A stretch of 64,000 nucleotides of DNA from Podarcis bocagei (lineage: Eukaryota), in NCBI GenBank assembly GCA_964188305.1, contig OZ076889.1; one strand, written 5' to 3'. Positions 50,747-62,984 of the stretch are shown here, piece by piece. The notes under the pieces are model-generated. The model made no database searches and was not told where the DNA came from. It was given only the letters and a program-made list of their open reading frames with translations. Within the stretch, counting starts at the first letter, position 1. Every line of letters starts with the position of its first letter. Position numbers and translations under genes: made by a program.

Positions 50747-51384
50747 ATCTAGCCTAATAATGTCTACTACTGACAGCAGCTCTCCAGGGTTTCAGGCAAA
50801 GTATCTCCCTCAGCCCAACCTCAAGATCCCTGGGATCTTTTGCATGCAAGGCAGTGGCTCTACCGAACTTCATTTTACCTTCAGTAAAATGGTGACAGTA
50901 ATGTTGGCCTACCTGGCAGGGTTGTTGGAATAATGGCTGAGATGATACTTGTGAAGTGTGTAGAAAGTTCAAGATAAACACGAGGTATTATAAAAAATAA
51001 TATGGATCTAATATCTTCTCCTAGCAACTCTATGTTGTGAACTGCCCTGAGGTTTGCAGATGAGGTGGTATAAAAATGTAATAAATAAAACAATTAATAT
51101 GGTTAGGTGACCAGAAGCCACACGATAGCCAAAGCTTGCCATATGGCGTGTGGATTGTCTCAACTTCAAACCATGCAGTTAAGAACACCATAGTCACCTG
51201 TCCTCTTTCCTAGCTAATCCATTTTAAGAATCTTATTAGATTTTACAATATTATGCAGAAATTTTCTTCTAGTTGTCTTTTAAAACTGGTGCTCCCTCTG
51301 TATTAATGCCTCGTTAGGAAGTGTGAACGTCGTATTCTGCAGAGTTATAACCTGAGCCTATAATTGCAATATTTGTCATTACAG

Positions 51385-51475
51385 TATGATGGGATTTGAT
51401 GATGACGAAAGAGGAATAATACCAAGATTCTGCGAAGATCTCTTTACTCAAATTGCAGAAAAAGAAACGCAACAG
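51385..51475 (+). CDS. KIF14: KIF14 coding exon 3
   Basis: MMGFDDDERGIIPRFCEDLF; AG/GT bounded; frame-compatible. Confidence 0.95.
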
Positions 51476-52181
51476 GTATTGCTGCAGCATTACTTTTCTT
51501 TCTGAACTTATTGAGGCTGCTCCACTTTCTTCGGGAGTACATGGAACCACCTTTGGGTTCACTTTTGGGCATCACTGTTGTGGAGGCACTGTTAATGTGA
51601 ATCAACACTTCCACATAGATGCATTACATGTGATTGCAATGATTTCCACAGTGGCAGCAGTGCTTTTTTGGAAGTATCCTGCAACAATTGCATGGAGGTT
51701 TTTTGAACTGGGTGATAAATGCTGTTAAGCTGATTGGCTCAATGCTTTTCTTGAGGGCAGGCATGTGGAGGGGTACAGAATAGTACTCTCTCTCTCTATA
51801 TATATATATATATTACTGGTATTCCCTCAGAAATGATTGAACTGGGTAAAAGCCGACCCTGAAATTTGCCCCATCCTTGTGGCTGCTTCATTCAACCCAT
51901 ACTCACCAGCAGGGTGGGATTTCATCACAGCTTCCATGTGGCTGTGCGTAGGAAGCAAATTGCCAGAGCAACATATTTCTAAAGTACTTGATATTTCTGT
52001 GGTTTTTTGGGTTGTTGTTTTTTACCATAAAATAAAAACAGAAATCAATATGTACAGACTACAGCTCCTCTGTTGGCTAGCGAGGCTGATCTTACACCTT
52101 AATAACTGTTGATATATTCTATTGCTGTACTGTGTTTCTTGGGTGTATGGGTAGCAATAAAGCTGTTGTTTTTTTAATTAG

Positions 52182-52280
52182 ACTGATTTTCATCTTGGGA
52201 TGAGCTATTTTGAAGTCTACAATGAAAAAATTCACGACTTGCTAGTCTACAAAGCTGAAACTGGACAGAAGAAACAGCCT
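52182..52280 (+). CDS. KIF14: KIF14 coding exon 4
   Basis: MSYFEVYNEKIHDLL; 99 nt. Confidence 0.95.
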
Positions 52281-52472
52281 GTAAGTAACTAATTACGTTC
52301 TGAACATTGACGTATTGTCTGTGTATAAAACAGTAACTCTCCGGATGTGGGCTAGTCTCATAACCATAAGGAATTTGATCCTTTCTGTTCTTGGCTCTTA
52401 CAAGCATAGAAAAAGATGGGCATCTGTTCAAAGGCTAATGTATGAGCCTCAGTGAGGTTATATAGGGGTGTA

Positions 52473-53379
52473 CCGTATTTTTCGCCCCATAAGACGCACC
52501 GGCCCATAAGACGCACCTAGATTTTTGGGGGGGAAATAAAGGAAAAAAATTTTATTTCCCCCCCAGGTGCGCTGCGCTACACCAGGAGCTTGGGGCGTGC
52601 GGAGCTCAGCGCGCCCCAAGCTTCTGCGTGCCGGCAAGGTCTCCGCTAGCGTGGGAGAGCCGGGCGCCTCTCCCAGGGCTAGCGGACCCCTGCGCTAATC
52701 CAGAAGCTTGGGGCAAGCTGAGGTCAGCGCGCCCCAAGCTTCTGCGTGCCGGCAAGCAGTCCGCTAGCCCTGGGAGAGCCGCGGGGCTCTCCCAGGGCTA
52801 GCGGATCGCTGCGCTACACCAGGAGCTTGGAGCGTGCTGAGCTCAGCGCGCCCCAAGCTTCTAGGTGCGCGCAAGCAGTCCGCTAGCCTTGGGAGAGCCG
52901 CGGGGCTCTCCCAGGGCTAGCGGATCGCTGCGCTACACCAGGAGCTTGGAGCGTGCTGAGCTCAGCGCGCCCCAAGCTTCTAGGTGCGCGCAAGCAGTCC
53001 GCTGCCGCCCCAAGCCTCGCGCACCCGGTGGAACCTCCTGCCGGGTGCGTGAGGCTTGCAGACACTCGCCCGAAGCAGGGGGAGCCCTCCCGAGGGCTCC
53101 CCGTGCTTCGGGCGACAGGCTGCCGCCCCAAGCCTCACGCACCCGGTGGGACCTCCTGCCGGGTGCGCGAGGCTTGCAGACACTCGCCCGAAGCAGGGGG
53201 AGCCCTCCCAAGGGCTCCCCGTGCTTTGGGCGACAGGCTGCCGCCCCAAGCCTCGCGCACGCGGTGGGACCTCCTGCCGGGCGCGCGAGGCTTGCAGGCA
53301 TTCGCCCCATAAGACGCACCCCGATTTCCCCTTCATTTTTGGAGGGGAAAAAGTGCGTCTTATGGGGCGAAAAATACGG
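52473..53379. mobile_element. Tc2-like non-autonomous element, copy 4, carrying two different hairpin arrays
   Basis: Perfect 27-bp TIR CCGTATTTTTCGCCCCATAAGACGCAC; TA flanks; internal ~119-bp and 118-bp tandem units. Confidence 0.93.
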
Positions 53380-54038
53380 TATATAGCCGCTTTCGATCCT
53401 GGCAGCATTTCTGCTGCACGGCACTCTCAGCCCCGTATGGGACTTCCAGCTGGCCATTTAAAGAGCTTCTACTTTGACTTGCAGACTTTTAGTTTTACTC
53501 ATCTCTATTTTGTTTTGATTCCCTGTTTTTGTAGGTTTTGCTTCTTAAGCTGTGCTTGCATACTGTTTTGCATGGTGTGATGCTTGCAGTGAAAAGTTTT
53601 TATTGCTCTTTATGTTTTTTAAAATAAAATGTATCATAAAGATGCATTCTGTTGTTTTCAGGGTTTTCAAAAGTTATTTTGTGGCAAAATAAAACAAAAA
53701 CCATTTGTTTTGTTATCTGTGGTTTACTAGAGTTTTCACATGGTTATAATAAAACGCTTCAGTCTCTTATTTTTCCTCTGTCCCCATGCCCTTTTTAGTT
53801 TTTTCATTTGTGATGTCCAGTTGTTTGGCACATTATTCAGCCCTCAGGTTCACATGTGCAAATATGGATAAGGATACCAATGTCCCTGGTGTTCTGGGAT
53901 CTCAGATTAGCAAACACTGAGTTGGAGAAGTTTCAGTCCTTCTACTTACGGATAATAACTTGTTAGATAGTTCCATAAATGTGCTCTAAATCGCTGAAGC
54001 TTTTAAAACTGATCAACATTGACTTTTCTGATTAACAG

Positions 54039-54091
54039 CTTCGTGTGAGAGAGCATCCTATCTTTGGACCCTATGTGGAAGACCTGACTGT
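54039..54091 (+). CDS. KIF14: KIF14 coding exon 5
   Basis: LRVREHPIFGPYVEDLT; 53 nt. Confidence 0.95.
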
Positions 54092-54858
54092 GTAAGATTT
54101 CACTTTATGATTTTTTCTACAAATCTCTGTTTGCTGACTTAAAATGGACCTATTAGTTATTCACATAACAAGAAGCCTGCAGTCAAGGAAATTGTTGGGT
54201 TTCTCAAACAAATTGTGAAATTAAGCCCCAACCAAACTGGCTATTGACTCTACTTTTTCACAGTATCATTTCTCATTAATTCCCTGTCCCTCAGTTCTCT
54301 GTTTTCCCCCGGAATGCAGTTTCCTCCACCTACTGTCCTCTCAGACTCGTTTCTGTTCCATTGCCTGTCCTCCAGCCTTCCTCCAGCCCCCCTTCCCCTT
54401 CATTTTCTTACTCAGTTTTTTGGTCCTTAATCTGCCCCATGCAAACAATTCTCCTCTTCTGTCTTATATGAATCTCAAAGATATAGTTTGCCCTTTTCTT
54501 TCAGATGGGTAACTACAATTGTTCTGATGCTAAGCATTCTCACATTCTGTAACACCACCTCAATCGTACTGAAGGTGTCACCACCACAAGCAAGATATAA
54601 TATTGATTCTTTTGTAAACTCTGTTGAGCCTATAATAAAGTGTGGGTTTTCATTCCTTCAGGTGTACATATTTGGACCATAATACTGCTAGAATTTTGTG
54701 GTAAATCCATAATTTCTGAGGTATCTGTAGGCTTCATTGAAGCTTCTTGATGAATAATTGTAAGCTGAATGGTTTGTAGGACTGGGTCTGTGTTTATATG
54801 TGTAGAACTTGGTTTTTTTCCCCTTCACAAGAGATAAAAATTATTATTTTTCTTCTAG

Positions 54859-54889
54859 GAATGTTGTTAGCTCTTACTTGGATATTCAG
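54859..54889 (+). CDS. KIF14: KIF14 coding exon 6 (31 nt)
   Basis: AG|G NVVSSYLDIQ|GTAAGG; restores frame between the 53-nt and 108-nt exons. Confidence 0.9.
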
Positions 54890-56591
54890 GTAAGGTTATT
54901 GTTGTTGTATGTATCTCATAAAAAGTCTCATGTAAAAAACTGATTTCTAGTTTTCAGTGATGGTAGATAAGAGATTATTGAGTAATTGAATTCTTCCAGA
55001 CAAATAAGTATTGAAAATAGTTGAACTAGCAATTACTTCTTTGTGGTAGATCCTTGTACTGATAGAAAATTACTTGCAGGATCAAAATTTCTCCTTTTAC
55101 CCATTTCTCCAGAGTTCCTGTGAGAAATTGTAAAAACTTTTGTTTTAATTTATGTTTAATTTTCTGATGTATAACTCTTAATGATAGAAGTATCATTTAA
55201 ATATAAACAAAATGAAAGGCCACCAACCAATTCTGCCATAAAATCAAAGCTACCAATATAGTTGGTAACTGTTGCAGCTCAGATAAAAATGTCTACTCCA
55301 AAATAATGAGGACTTGGGTAAGCTTTTGGGTAGTGATTTGGCCATTTCTTCACACTTAGTGCAGTGTGCAGAGTTGTGCCATAAAGGACAGTATATCCCC
55401 TTGCTTCCCCCACTGATTTCCTGTCAGGTGTGTAGTGTTACAGAAAATCTTAATTATTCCAAGGTGAGACCTTCCACACCTGCGCTGGAAGCATCTAGCT
55501 TCTTGCCATCCCCCAGGATCCTGACAGGCAAGATACTGCTGGGGAAAAACAGGAGTAGAGCCACATGCAGGTCCTTGCATACAAAGACACAATATATGGC
55601 AAGCAAAGTACAATGAATGTGTTCGTCACAATGTACCCGCTATTACAAGACATGTGGTACATACAAGCGGTACTCCAGAATCATCAAAATAAGTACAATT
55701 AATGATATATTTTCATTATATCCAGCACACGGAAATTATTGGAAGCAGCAGAGCTGCTGTAGCAAACAGGACTGGAGCCTGGTGATCCCAGTTTCAAAGA
55801 GAAACTCCTTCTTCAGCCTGTGAAGTTAACAAGGTCCCACATTGGGTACAAGTTGGGGCAGCTGCTAGCTGTCTCTTCGAAACTGGGAACACCGGGCTCC
55901 TGTCATGTTTGCTACAGCTGCTTTGTACTTTGCTTGCCATATATTGTGTCTCTGTATACTAGCTTGAACCCCTGTTTTTTCTTTTTTGAAAAAACACTTG
56001 TAATCTTAAGGACAATGTTTAAAATTGGAAATATTTAAGGATAAGAAAATTATAGACATGTACTATATAAGAAATTATAAAAGAACCGGGGGAGGGAATG
56101 GATCTGAGGAAGTCAAGGGATCTGAGGAATCCCAAAATACGGATTTAATATGGTATGAAAATGTTTTAAATTTATTTATTTATTTTTACTTTAATTGCAT
56201 CTGTTTATTATGGTATGTGAAGATAATGTTTAATTGTGAAAAATATTTTTTTATAAAAGAAAAAGAACCCTTTTTTCTGTTTGTGTATGTTTTATACACA
56301 GTAGGTTCCTTATTTTTGCACAGGATGAGTTGGCGGGAGATGTGTGTAGAATGCCCCACCTTGGAGTGTACAGTCCAAATACATGACTAGCAGAGCACAG
56401 CTGCAACCCAGTAGGGGAGGAAAGAGCTATGCTGTGAGGTGGAGCCACTTGCTATATTTATAGTAAGACCCTACTACTAGGAGCAGCAGATGAGTGATGG
56501 ATTTCAAATCTGTCTTTATTTTTAATATTTCAATGCCCTACTTCATTTTGGCTTTTTAACTTACTGACAGCTTGAAAATCTAGATAAATCA

Positions 56592-56736
56592 TGTGGACTC
56601 TCCTTCACTGGACATTTTTAAGCAGAGGTTGGATGGCCATCTGTCATGGATGCTTTGGTTGAGACTCCTGTATTGTAGGGGGTTAGACTAGATAATCCTC
56701 AAGGTCCCTTTTAACTGCACAGTTCTATGATTCTAT
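56592..56736 (+). mobile_element. CR1 3' end fragment
   Basis: GACTCTCCTTCACTGG...TTTAAGCAGAGG...GTTCTATGATTCTA. Confidence 0.75.
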
Positions 56737-56863
56737 AAGTGGCCTTTGTGTGTGTTAGCACAAGTTGTTCTAGAAGCATTTATTTTATTTTATTTTATTT
56801 TAAAAACCCTCATGGTGCTCACAACTGTTTTCTCAAAAATTTCACATCCTCTCTTTTTATCAG

Positions 56864-56971
56864 AATTGGCTGCAGTTAGGAAATAAACACAGAGCTACTG
56901 CTGCCACAGGAATGAATGACAAGAGTTCTCGATCTCACTCTGTTTTCACCCTGGTGATGACACAAACAAAG
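56864..56971 (+). CDS. KIF14: KIF14 coding exon 7
   Basis: RATAATGMNDKSSRSHSVF (switch I); 108 nt. Confidence 0.96.
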
Positions 56972-57739
56972 GTACTGGGCATTTTGGTTTGCTTTTAAAC
57001 TTACTTTTTTATAACATTTTGTAAATGCAGGTCAAAAATTCAACAAAATTATTCACCCCCTCTCTTCCCTTTTGCATAAAGGGGAACTTTTTAATTTTTT
57101 AAAAAATGTTCAATAATGCAGCAGACGTTGAGCAGAAAATTCACTTATTGATATAAAACCTGGGAAATAATGGTTTGGATCTCAAGGCGTCTGGCACAAG
57201 TGGAGAGACTTAATTCAAGCATCAACAAAAGTTGTTTAATCTTACATAAAGTAATTTTATGTATGGGCAGAGTGACTGCACACTATGCTCCCCATTTTTC
57301 CTTTATACTTTTGTTTTCTACTGTGAACATAATGAAAGCATTAGCTTCCTATTGATGTGGTTGCTAACTTGTTTTATGAAGTTTTAAATGTTAGAGAATT
57401 AGAGCAGGTTAAGGGGGAGATTGTCTAGGTTTCTTTTTTTTAGGTTATACAAATATTCATGATCTCCGGCTTTGTTTTTAAACTGTTCATAGGCTGCAAG
57501 TCAGGTATAGCACAGGAGCATAGGAAATCATTGGTCCATCTAGAGTAGTACTGTATACACTGAATGGCAGCAGCTCCAGAGTTTTAGGCAGGACTCTCCC
57601 AGCCCTATCTGGAGATGCCGGATATTGAATCTGAGACCATCTGCATGTAAGCCAGATACCCTACCACTTACCTACATCCCTTCCTCGCAAGCTGCATCCC
57701 TTCCCAACATGTCCAATTGTAGTCATTTCTTTATTTTAG

Positions 57740-57856
57740 ACGGATATTGTGGAAAAGGAGGAACGCGAACACAGAATTATCAGTCGTGTGAACCTGGTAG
57801 ACCTTGCAGGCAGTGAGCGCTGTTCTACAGCTCAAACCACTGGAGAAAGACTGAAG
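57740..57856 (+). CDS. KIF14: KIF14 coding exon 8
   Basis: SRVNLVDLAGSER (switch II); 117 nt. Confidence 0.96.
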
Positions 57857-58814
57857 GTAAAATGTATATAAGGTACTCTGCTGGGCCTTATATTCTCAGA
57901 AACTGGGCAACTGTCCAGCGGAGCCACCTTGTTAATCCCCACGCCAAGCAAATGGTACTGCAACACAACATGCAATATTATGGCATTGAACTTGAAACAC
58001 AAAGAAGAACCACTTAACAAGGTCTTTTATACAGTGTCAGATTACTGGTCTACCTAGCTCATTACTAGTCCTTTCTACACCCACAGCCTCTTGCCACTTT
58101 ATCCCATTTCTAGATCAGATTCAAGAAAGAAAAGAAAAAACTATGGGCAAGTTCAGCCATCCTGGGGCCCATATTCCCAGGACAACCAGCCATGGGTTCT
58201 GACTTGACCTGACCCCAGTTATGTTTATGGTTCTTCAGTAGCAGCTCCTGAGAATACAGTGGCTGGGAAAGGTGACACCGTGAACTGGTATCGGGACGCC
58301 GTAACAAGAGATGTGCCAGATTGCAACTTCAATATATATGCCCCCTGTTTATGTGCATCTATATAGCCAATTGTAAAATACTATTCTTCCTGTAACAAAT
58401 GTGTGAACTAGATGGATTAAGCATCTTCCGCCTGTGCGCACTTTAAGACATGGAATATTAGTATTGTTAGATACAGGTAGTGATTTGGGTATTGGAATAT
58501 ATAGATGGTGAGGTGACTAGTAGAATGCCTTGGTTATATTTAGGCAAATTATTTATTAATTTATCATTTATTAAATTTGTATACCGCCCTATACACTCAG
58601 GTATCAAAATAATTAATTGTAAAAGTGGCCCAGAATTGAATCTAAATGATGGGGATGTCTCATGCCTCTGAAATGAACAGCAAATAGAAGTGGATATTCC
58701 TCTGCCTTGTGCAATAATGTAACTGGGTTTATGCACCTATATTGTGGCGCCTGTAGGAAAAACTAGGGCATAATATGTTGATGCTATTGACTGTTTCTCT
58801 CCTTCTCAATATAG

Positions 58815-58933
58815 GAAGGTGTGAGTATAAATAAATCCCTGTTAACTCTGGGGAAAGTTATTTCTGCACTGTCTGAGCAAAATCAGAGCAGGAGGAAGGT
58901 GTTCATTCCATACCGTGAATCTGTTCTTACATG
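58815..58933 (+). CDS. KIF14: KIF14 coding exon 9
   Basis: [19 protein letters not shown]...[10 protein letters not shown]. Confidence 0.96.
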
Positions 58934-60005
58934 GTATGTACATATTTTGTGTGCCATAACAGCTTTAAAAAAAAGCTTCATTTTTTTGTAGTGATCCTTT
59001 CTTTCTTGGCAGCATTTAATTATTATCAAAGTTAATAGATTTTCATAGAAACACAGCTTTTAATGGTAAAAAATGGAATTAGATCCAGTTATGTACCACA
59101 TTAATCAAACCACTCTTCCCCCTCTCCACCCATTCATTTTGGTCCTCTGCTTTTCTATTTCCTGACAATGGAACTGAGCTAATTTTCAAAGTGATTTTGA
59201 TTGATCCTGTAGGGCATAAAACTGCAACTGGTAGAGTACATTTACTTTATTCTCAACTGGTTATTCTTGCATATAGGGAAAAAATGGATAATGCCTTAAT
59301 ATTTGGGGCCTATTTCCACTAGCACTTTCAGCTAATATCTGTGGGAAAGGCACTGCTTTTAAGCCAGATAGTGCTTAGACCTCTGAGTTCTGAAGGCCCC
59401 CCAAAACATTCCTTTCTTCAGCACTAGGGGTGGTGGGGTGAGGCATGCATTCTTTGGCCCGGGCTGCACTGTTTCCTGAACAAGTCTTTGGGAAACAGCC
59501 CAGGCCAAGCTGAATGAAGTACGCCTAACAGTTGTGCACCACTTTTGACTTTTGCTGTAGTCCCCACACAGTTTTCTCAGCACTTTGGGGAAAGTCAAGA
59601 GGCCTCTCTAATGGTGCACACACCTCTGGGTATCTGCCTGTTCCAGTACTGGGAGGGATGGGAGGTTTATGAGTTACGCTTCCCAACTCTGTTCTGATGA
59701 GAAGATGCCCCCTGCAAAAAACCATTGGTGTTTCCTTTCCGCTAATGCTAGCAGGAGTCCAAGGGGAAGTGGAAGGTGAATGGTGACATGTTGTTTGGAG
59801 GAAGGAAACCAATTGGGTAGCGAGGTGAATGACCTGGATCTGATTCCACAGGTGAAGAACTTAGGCATCCTTATTCTAATCTACATAAAGAATTGGATCC
59901 TGCAAAATGCTCAAAACATGTACTGTACTTTGTTGTATCTTCAGAGAATATAGTCTTAAAATAAATCCAGACTGGGGAAAAACATTTATTTTCTTTCAAA
60001 TGTAG

Positions 60006-60178
60006 GCTGTTAAAGGAAAGTCTTGGTGGAAACTCAAAAACTGCTATGATCGCCACAATTAGCCCTGCCGCAAGCAATATAGAAGAAACTCTGAGTACCC
60101 TTCGATATGCTAAACAAGCTTGTTTCATAATCAACATTGCCAAAGTCAACGAAGACATAAATGCAAAACTAATCCGAG
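60006..60178 (+). CDS. KIF14: KIF14 coding exon 10
   Basis: [21 protein letters not shown]...ETLSTLRYA (end of the motor domain). Confidence 0.96.
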
Positions 60179-60878
60179 GTAAGCCTGAGAACTATTTTGC
60201 TTCTTGCCGAAATAGCCCTATGCCAAGTTGCTCCTAGATTTCTTACAAAGTATACACTTACTAAGAGGAAGTAATTCAAAAGAAAGCTGCATCAATTTAT
60301 GGACAAATGCTTGCAATTGAAACCCACAAAAATGGCAAGAATCATTATTTTAATGATAATATGATGAAATTGCTTATTGGTAGTCTGAAGTGCAAAATAC
60401 TTTCAAACAGCTCAGAGGTGATCACAGCTCCCTTACAAGCATGTCTGTATGTTACATGTTTGCAAATATGTGGGGTTTTTTTTACACTCATACTGTACAT
60501 TTTTAGGTGTGTAGTTGATATGCTGCATTTTTTTAAAAAAACCAATACTTGCATTTATTCAATATGCAGGTAATTTTTAAATTGCAAACATTGTGGGTAG
60601 GATTCATCTAACAAACCCTGTCAGCAGAAGCCCTGCACAAGGACTTCCACTTGCAAAATGGGTCCTCCCCCTGTGTTCCACGAAATTGGCTGGGGAAGGC
60701 AGAAGAACTCCCAGAACAGCAGAGAGGGGGAGGGGAGTAGGTCCATTCTGTCTGGCAAGCTGAAATGCTTGTGTAGCTATAACATTTGTCACTGTGAGAC
60801 TCATAGATGCCAATCCAGAATATTTGCCAATATAAGAGATGCCATTTTGACTAGCTGCCGAACTCTCGTTAAATGTAG

Positions 60879-61026
60879 AATTGAAAGCTGAAATTGAGAA
60901 ACTGAAATTGGCTCAGAAAAACGCTCAGAATGTTGACCCTGAAAAACAAAAGCTTTATATGCAAGAAATAACATCTTTAAGAGTGAAGCTATACCAGCAA
61001 GAGAGGGAGATGGCAGAGATGCAAAG
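60879..61026 (+). CDS. KIF14: KIF14 coding exon 11
   Basis: LKAEIEKLK...QQEREMAEMQ coiled coil; frame-compatible AG/GT. Confidence 0.92.
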
Positions 61027-61178
61027 GTACTAGTACTTGATGTCTTCTCAAAAATACAGACTGCTAAAGGAAGGTTCCCCTCTATTTTTTTTTACTATTG
61101 AAATATAATCTATACAGTTAATTGTGCATTATTGCATAAAGATTGCACATAAATAATAAATAAATAAATAAATAAATA

Positions 61179-61460
61179 CTGTATTTTTTGCTCTATAAGA
61201 CACACTTTTCCCCTCCTAAAAAATAAGGGGAAATGTGTGTGCGTCTTATGGAGCGAATGCAGGCTGCGCAGCTATCGCTGAAGCCAGAACAGCAAGAGGG
61301 ATTGCTGCGCAGCAATCCCTCTTGCTGTTCTGGCTTCAGCGATAGCTGTACAAAGCCTCTTCAACAACATTTGATTCAGAATATATTTTTTCTTGTTTTC
61401 CTCCTCTAAAAACTAAGTGCGTCTTATGGTCGGGTGTGTCTTATAGAGCCAAAAATACAG
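61179..61460. mobile_element. Tc2-like MITE, copy 5, with a perfect 80-bp palindrome
   Basis: TA|CTGTATTTTTTGCTCTATAAGACACAC ... GTGTGTCTTATAGAGCCAAAAATACAG|TA; close relative of copy 2. Confidence 0.9.
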
Positions 61461-61773
61461 TAATAATAAAAGCAATGTTGGGGCCAGACTGTTTATCTCA
61501 AATTGATAGTTTTAACATTCACCTAAGCAATTGTTGATTTAAGACTCCTCTTATATATTTCCAGTGATCTTAGTAAATTTCCAGTTATGCAAATATAATG
61601 ATGGTTTTTCTAATTGCTTAAACTTTGTTTCCAATAGTGTGTAAGGATATAAATATTATTAAGTGATAACTCAATTCGATTCTAGATAATGTATCCCTTT
61701 TGTTAGCCTCAGAATTACATTTGCGAAACGATAATAAGCTGAACCACCATTTTATTTCCCCTGATAAATAAAG

Positions 61774-61837
61774 GGCCTGGAAAGAAAAACTTGAACAAGC
61801 AGAAAAAAAGAAATTTGAGGAAACAATGGAGTTACAG
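61774..61837 (+). CDS. KIF14: KIF14 coding exon 12
   Basis: AWKEKLEQAEKKKFEETMELQ; 64 nt; AAG acceptor. Confidence 0.88.
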
Positions 61838-61996
61838 GTACCATTTTTCAAGTAAATTCAATTGTGGATGCAAAATAATAGTTTTCCCAAGTGTCATTCT
61901 TCTTCCTTACCTGCATCATATTCCTACAACAGCAAATGAACAAAAAGTTGCTTTCATTTGCATGCAATATGTAATGTTCTGAATCTTTTATTTTAG

Positions 61997-62181
61997 AAAG
62001 CTGGCATTACATTCAAGGTTGACAATAGTTTGCCTAATTTAGTCAATCTCAATGAAGATCCCCAGCTCTCTGAGATGTTGCTATACATGATCAAGGAAGG
62101 ACAAACAACAGTTGGGAAATGCAAGCCAAATTCACGTCATGATATTCAGCTGTCTGGTGTCCTGATTGCAGACGACCATTG
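61997..62181 (+). CDS. KIF14: KIF14 coding exon 13 (start of the FHA domain)
   Basis: LPNLVNLNEDPQLSEMLLYMIKEGQTTVG...DIQLSGVLIADDH. Confidence 0.95.
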
Positions 62182-62984
62182 GTAGGTGTTTCTCTAAATT
62201 AACAAATAATGATAAATGGGTCTTCTGCTCTGCACGATTCCTCTGGTTAATATGCAGCTCCACTGAAATAAATAGGTGCATTAACTTGTGTAGATTTATA
62301 ATCCAGGCTAAAACAAATTTAGCTGAAAGTAAATGGGGCAGACATTGTGTGTTTAGGTTGACAGATAAGGATGGTGATTAGACAGATTCATGGAGGGATA
62401 AGTTTATCAATTGCTACTAGTCAAGGCTATAGGAAAGTTCCATATTAAGAGACAGTGTGCCCTTCAATACCAATTGCTGGCGAGCAACAATGGACGAGGG
62501 CTTACGGATTTTTCACAAGCATTTAGTTGCCAGCTGTAGGAAACGGGATGCTGCACTAGATGGAGGTGAAAAACACCTCCTTCCTATCCCTGCTCATATA
62601 AGTCTGATGCAGTATAATTTCTCTTGTGCTCTCATGTTATATTTGTAATGCAGCATAATCATTTTTTAAAATCCTATTTGTTTTCAAGCGTATTGGCTAC
62701 TGTGCTGAAGCTATGATCCAAAGAAACTAGTTACGTGAATGCAAAGAAGTTAAAACTGCTTCTTCCTCTCTCCTCTCCCCCGGCAGCAGTTTCTCATGTG
62801 GAATGCCTTTGAAACACAGGCTTGTTTCCAAAGTAGGATGTCATGATGTGGCAAAGGGGTCAAAAATTTGATTGGGGTAGGAATCAGCTGTTTGATTCCT
62901 GGTATACGTGTGTATCCCAAAGTGATTTGTCACACTTTTCCTTACTTGAAGCTTTACTGATAATAACATATTTCTTATTTGTAG

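Noticed and set aside
52865-53580. Overlapping 120-174 aa ORFs as a transposase or hidden gene
   Set aside because: Stop-poor GC-rich hairpin repeats inside a MITE; no DDE or HTH motifs recognised.
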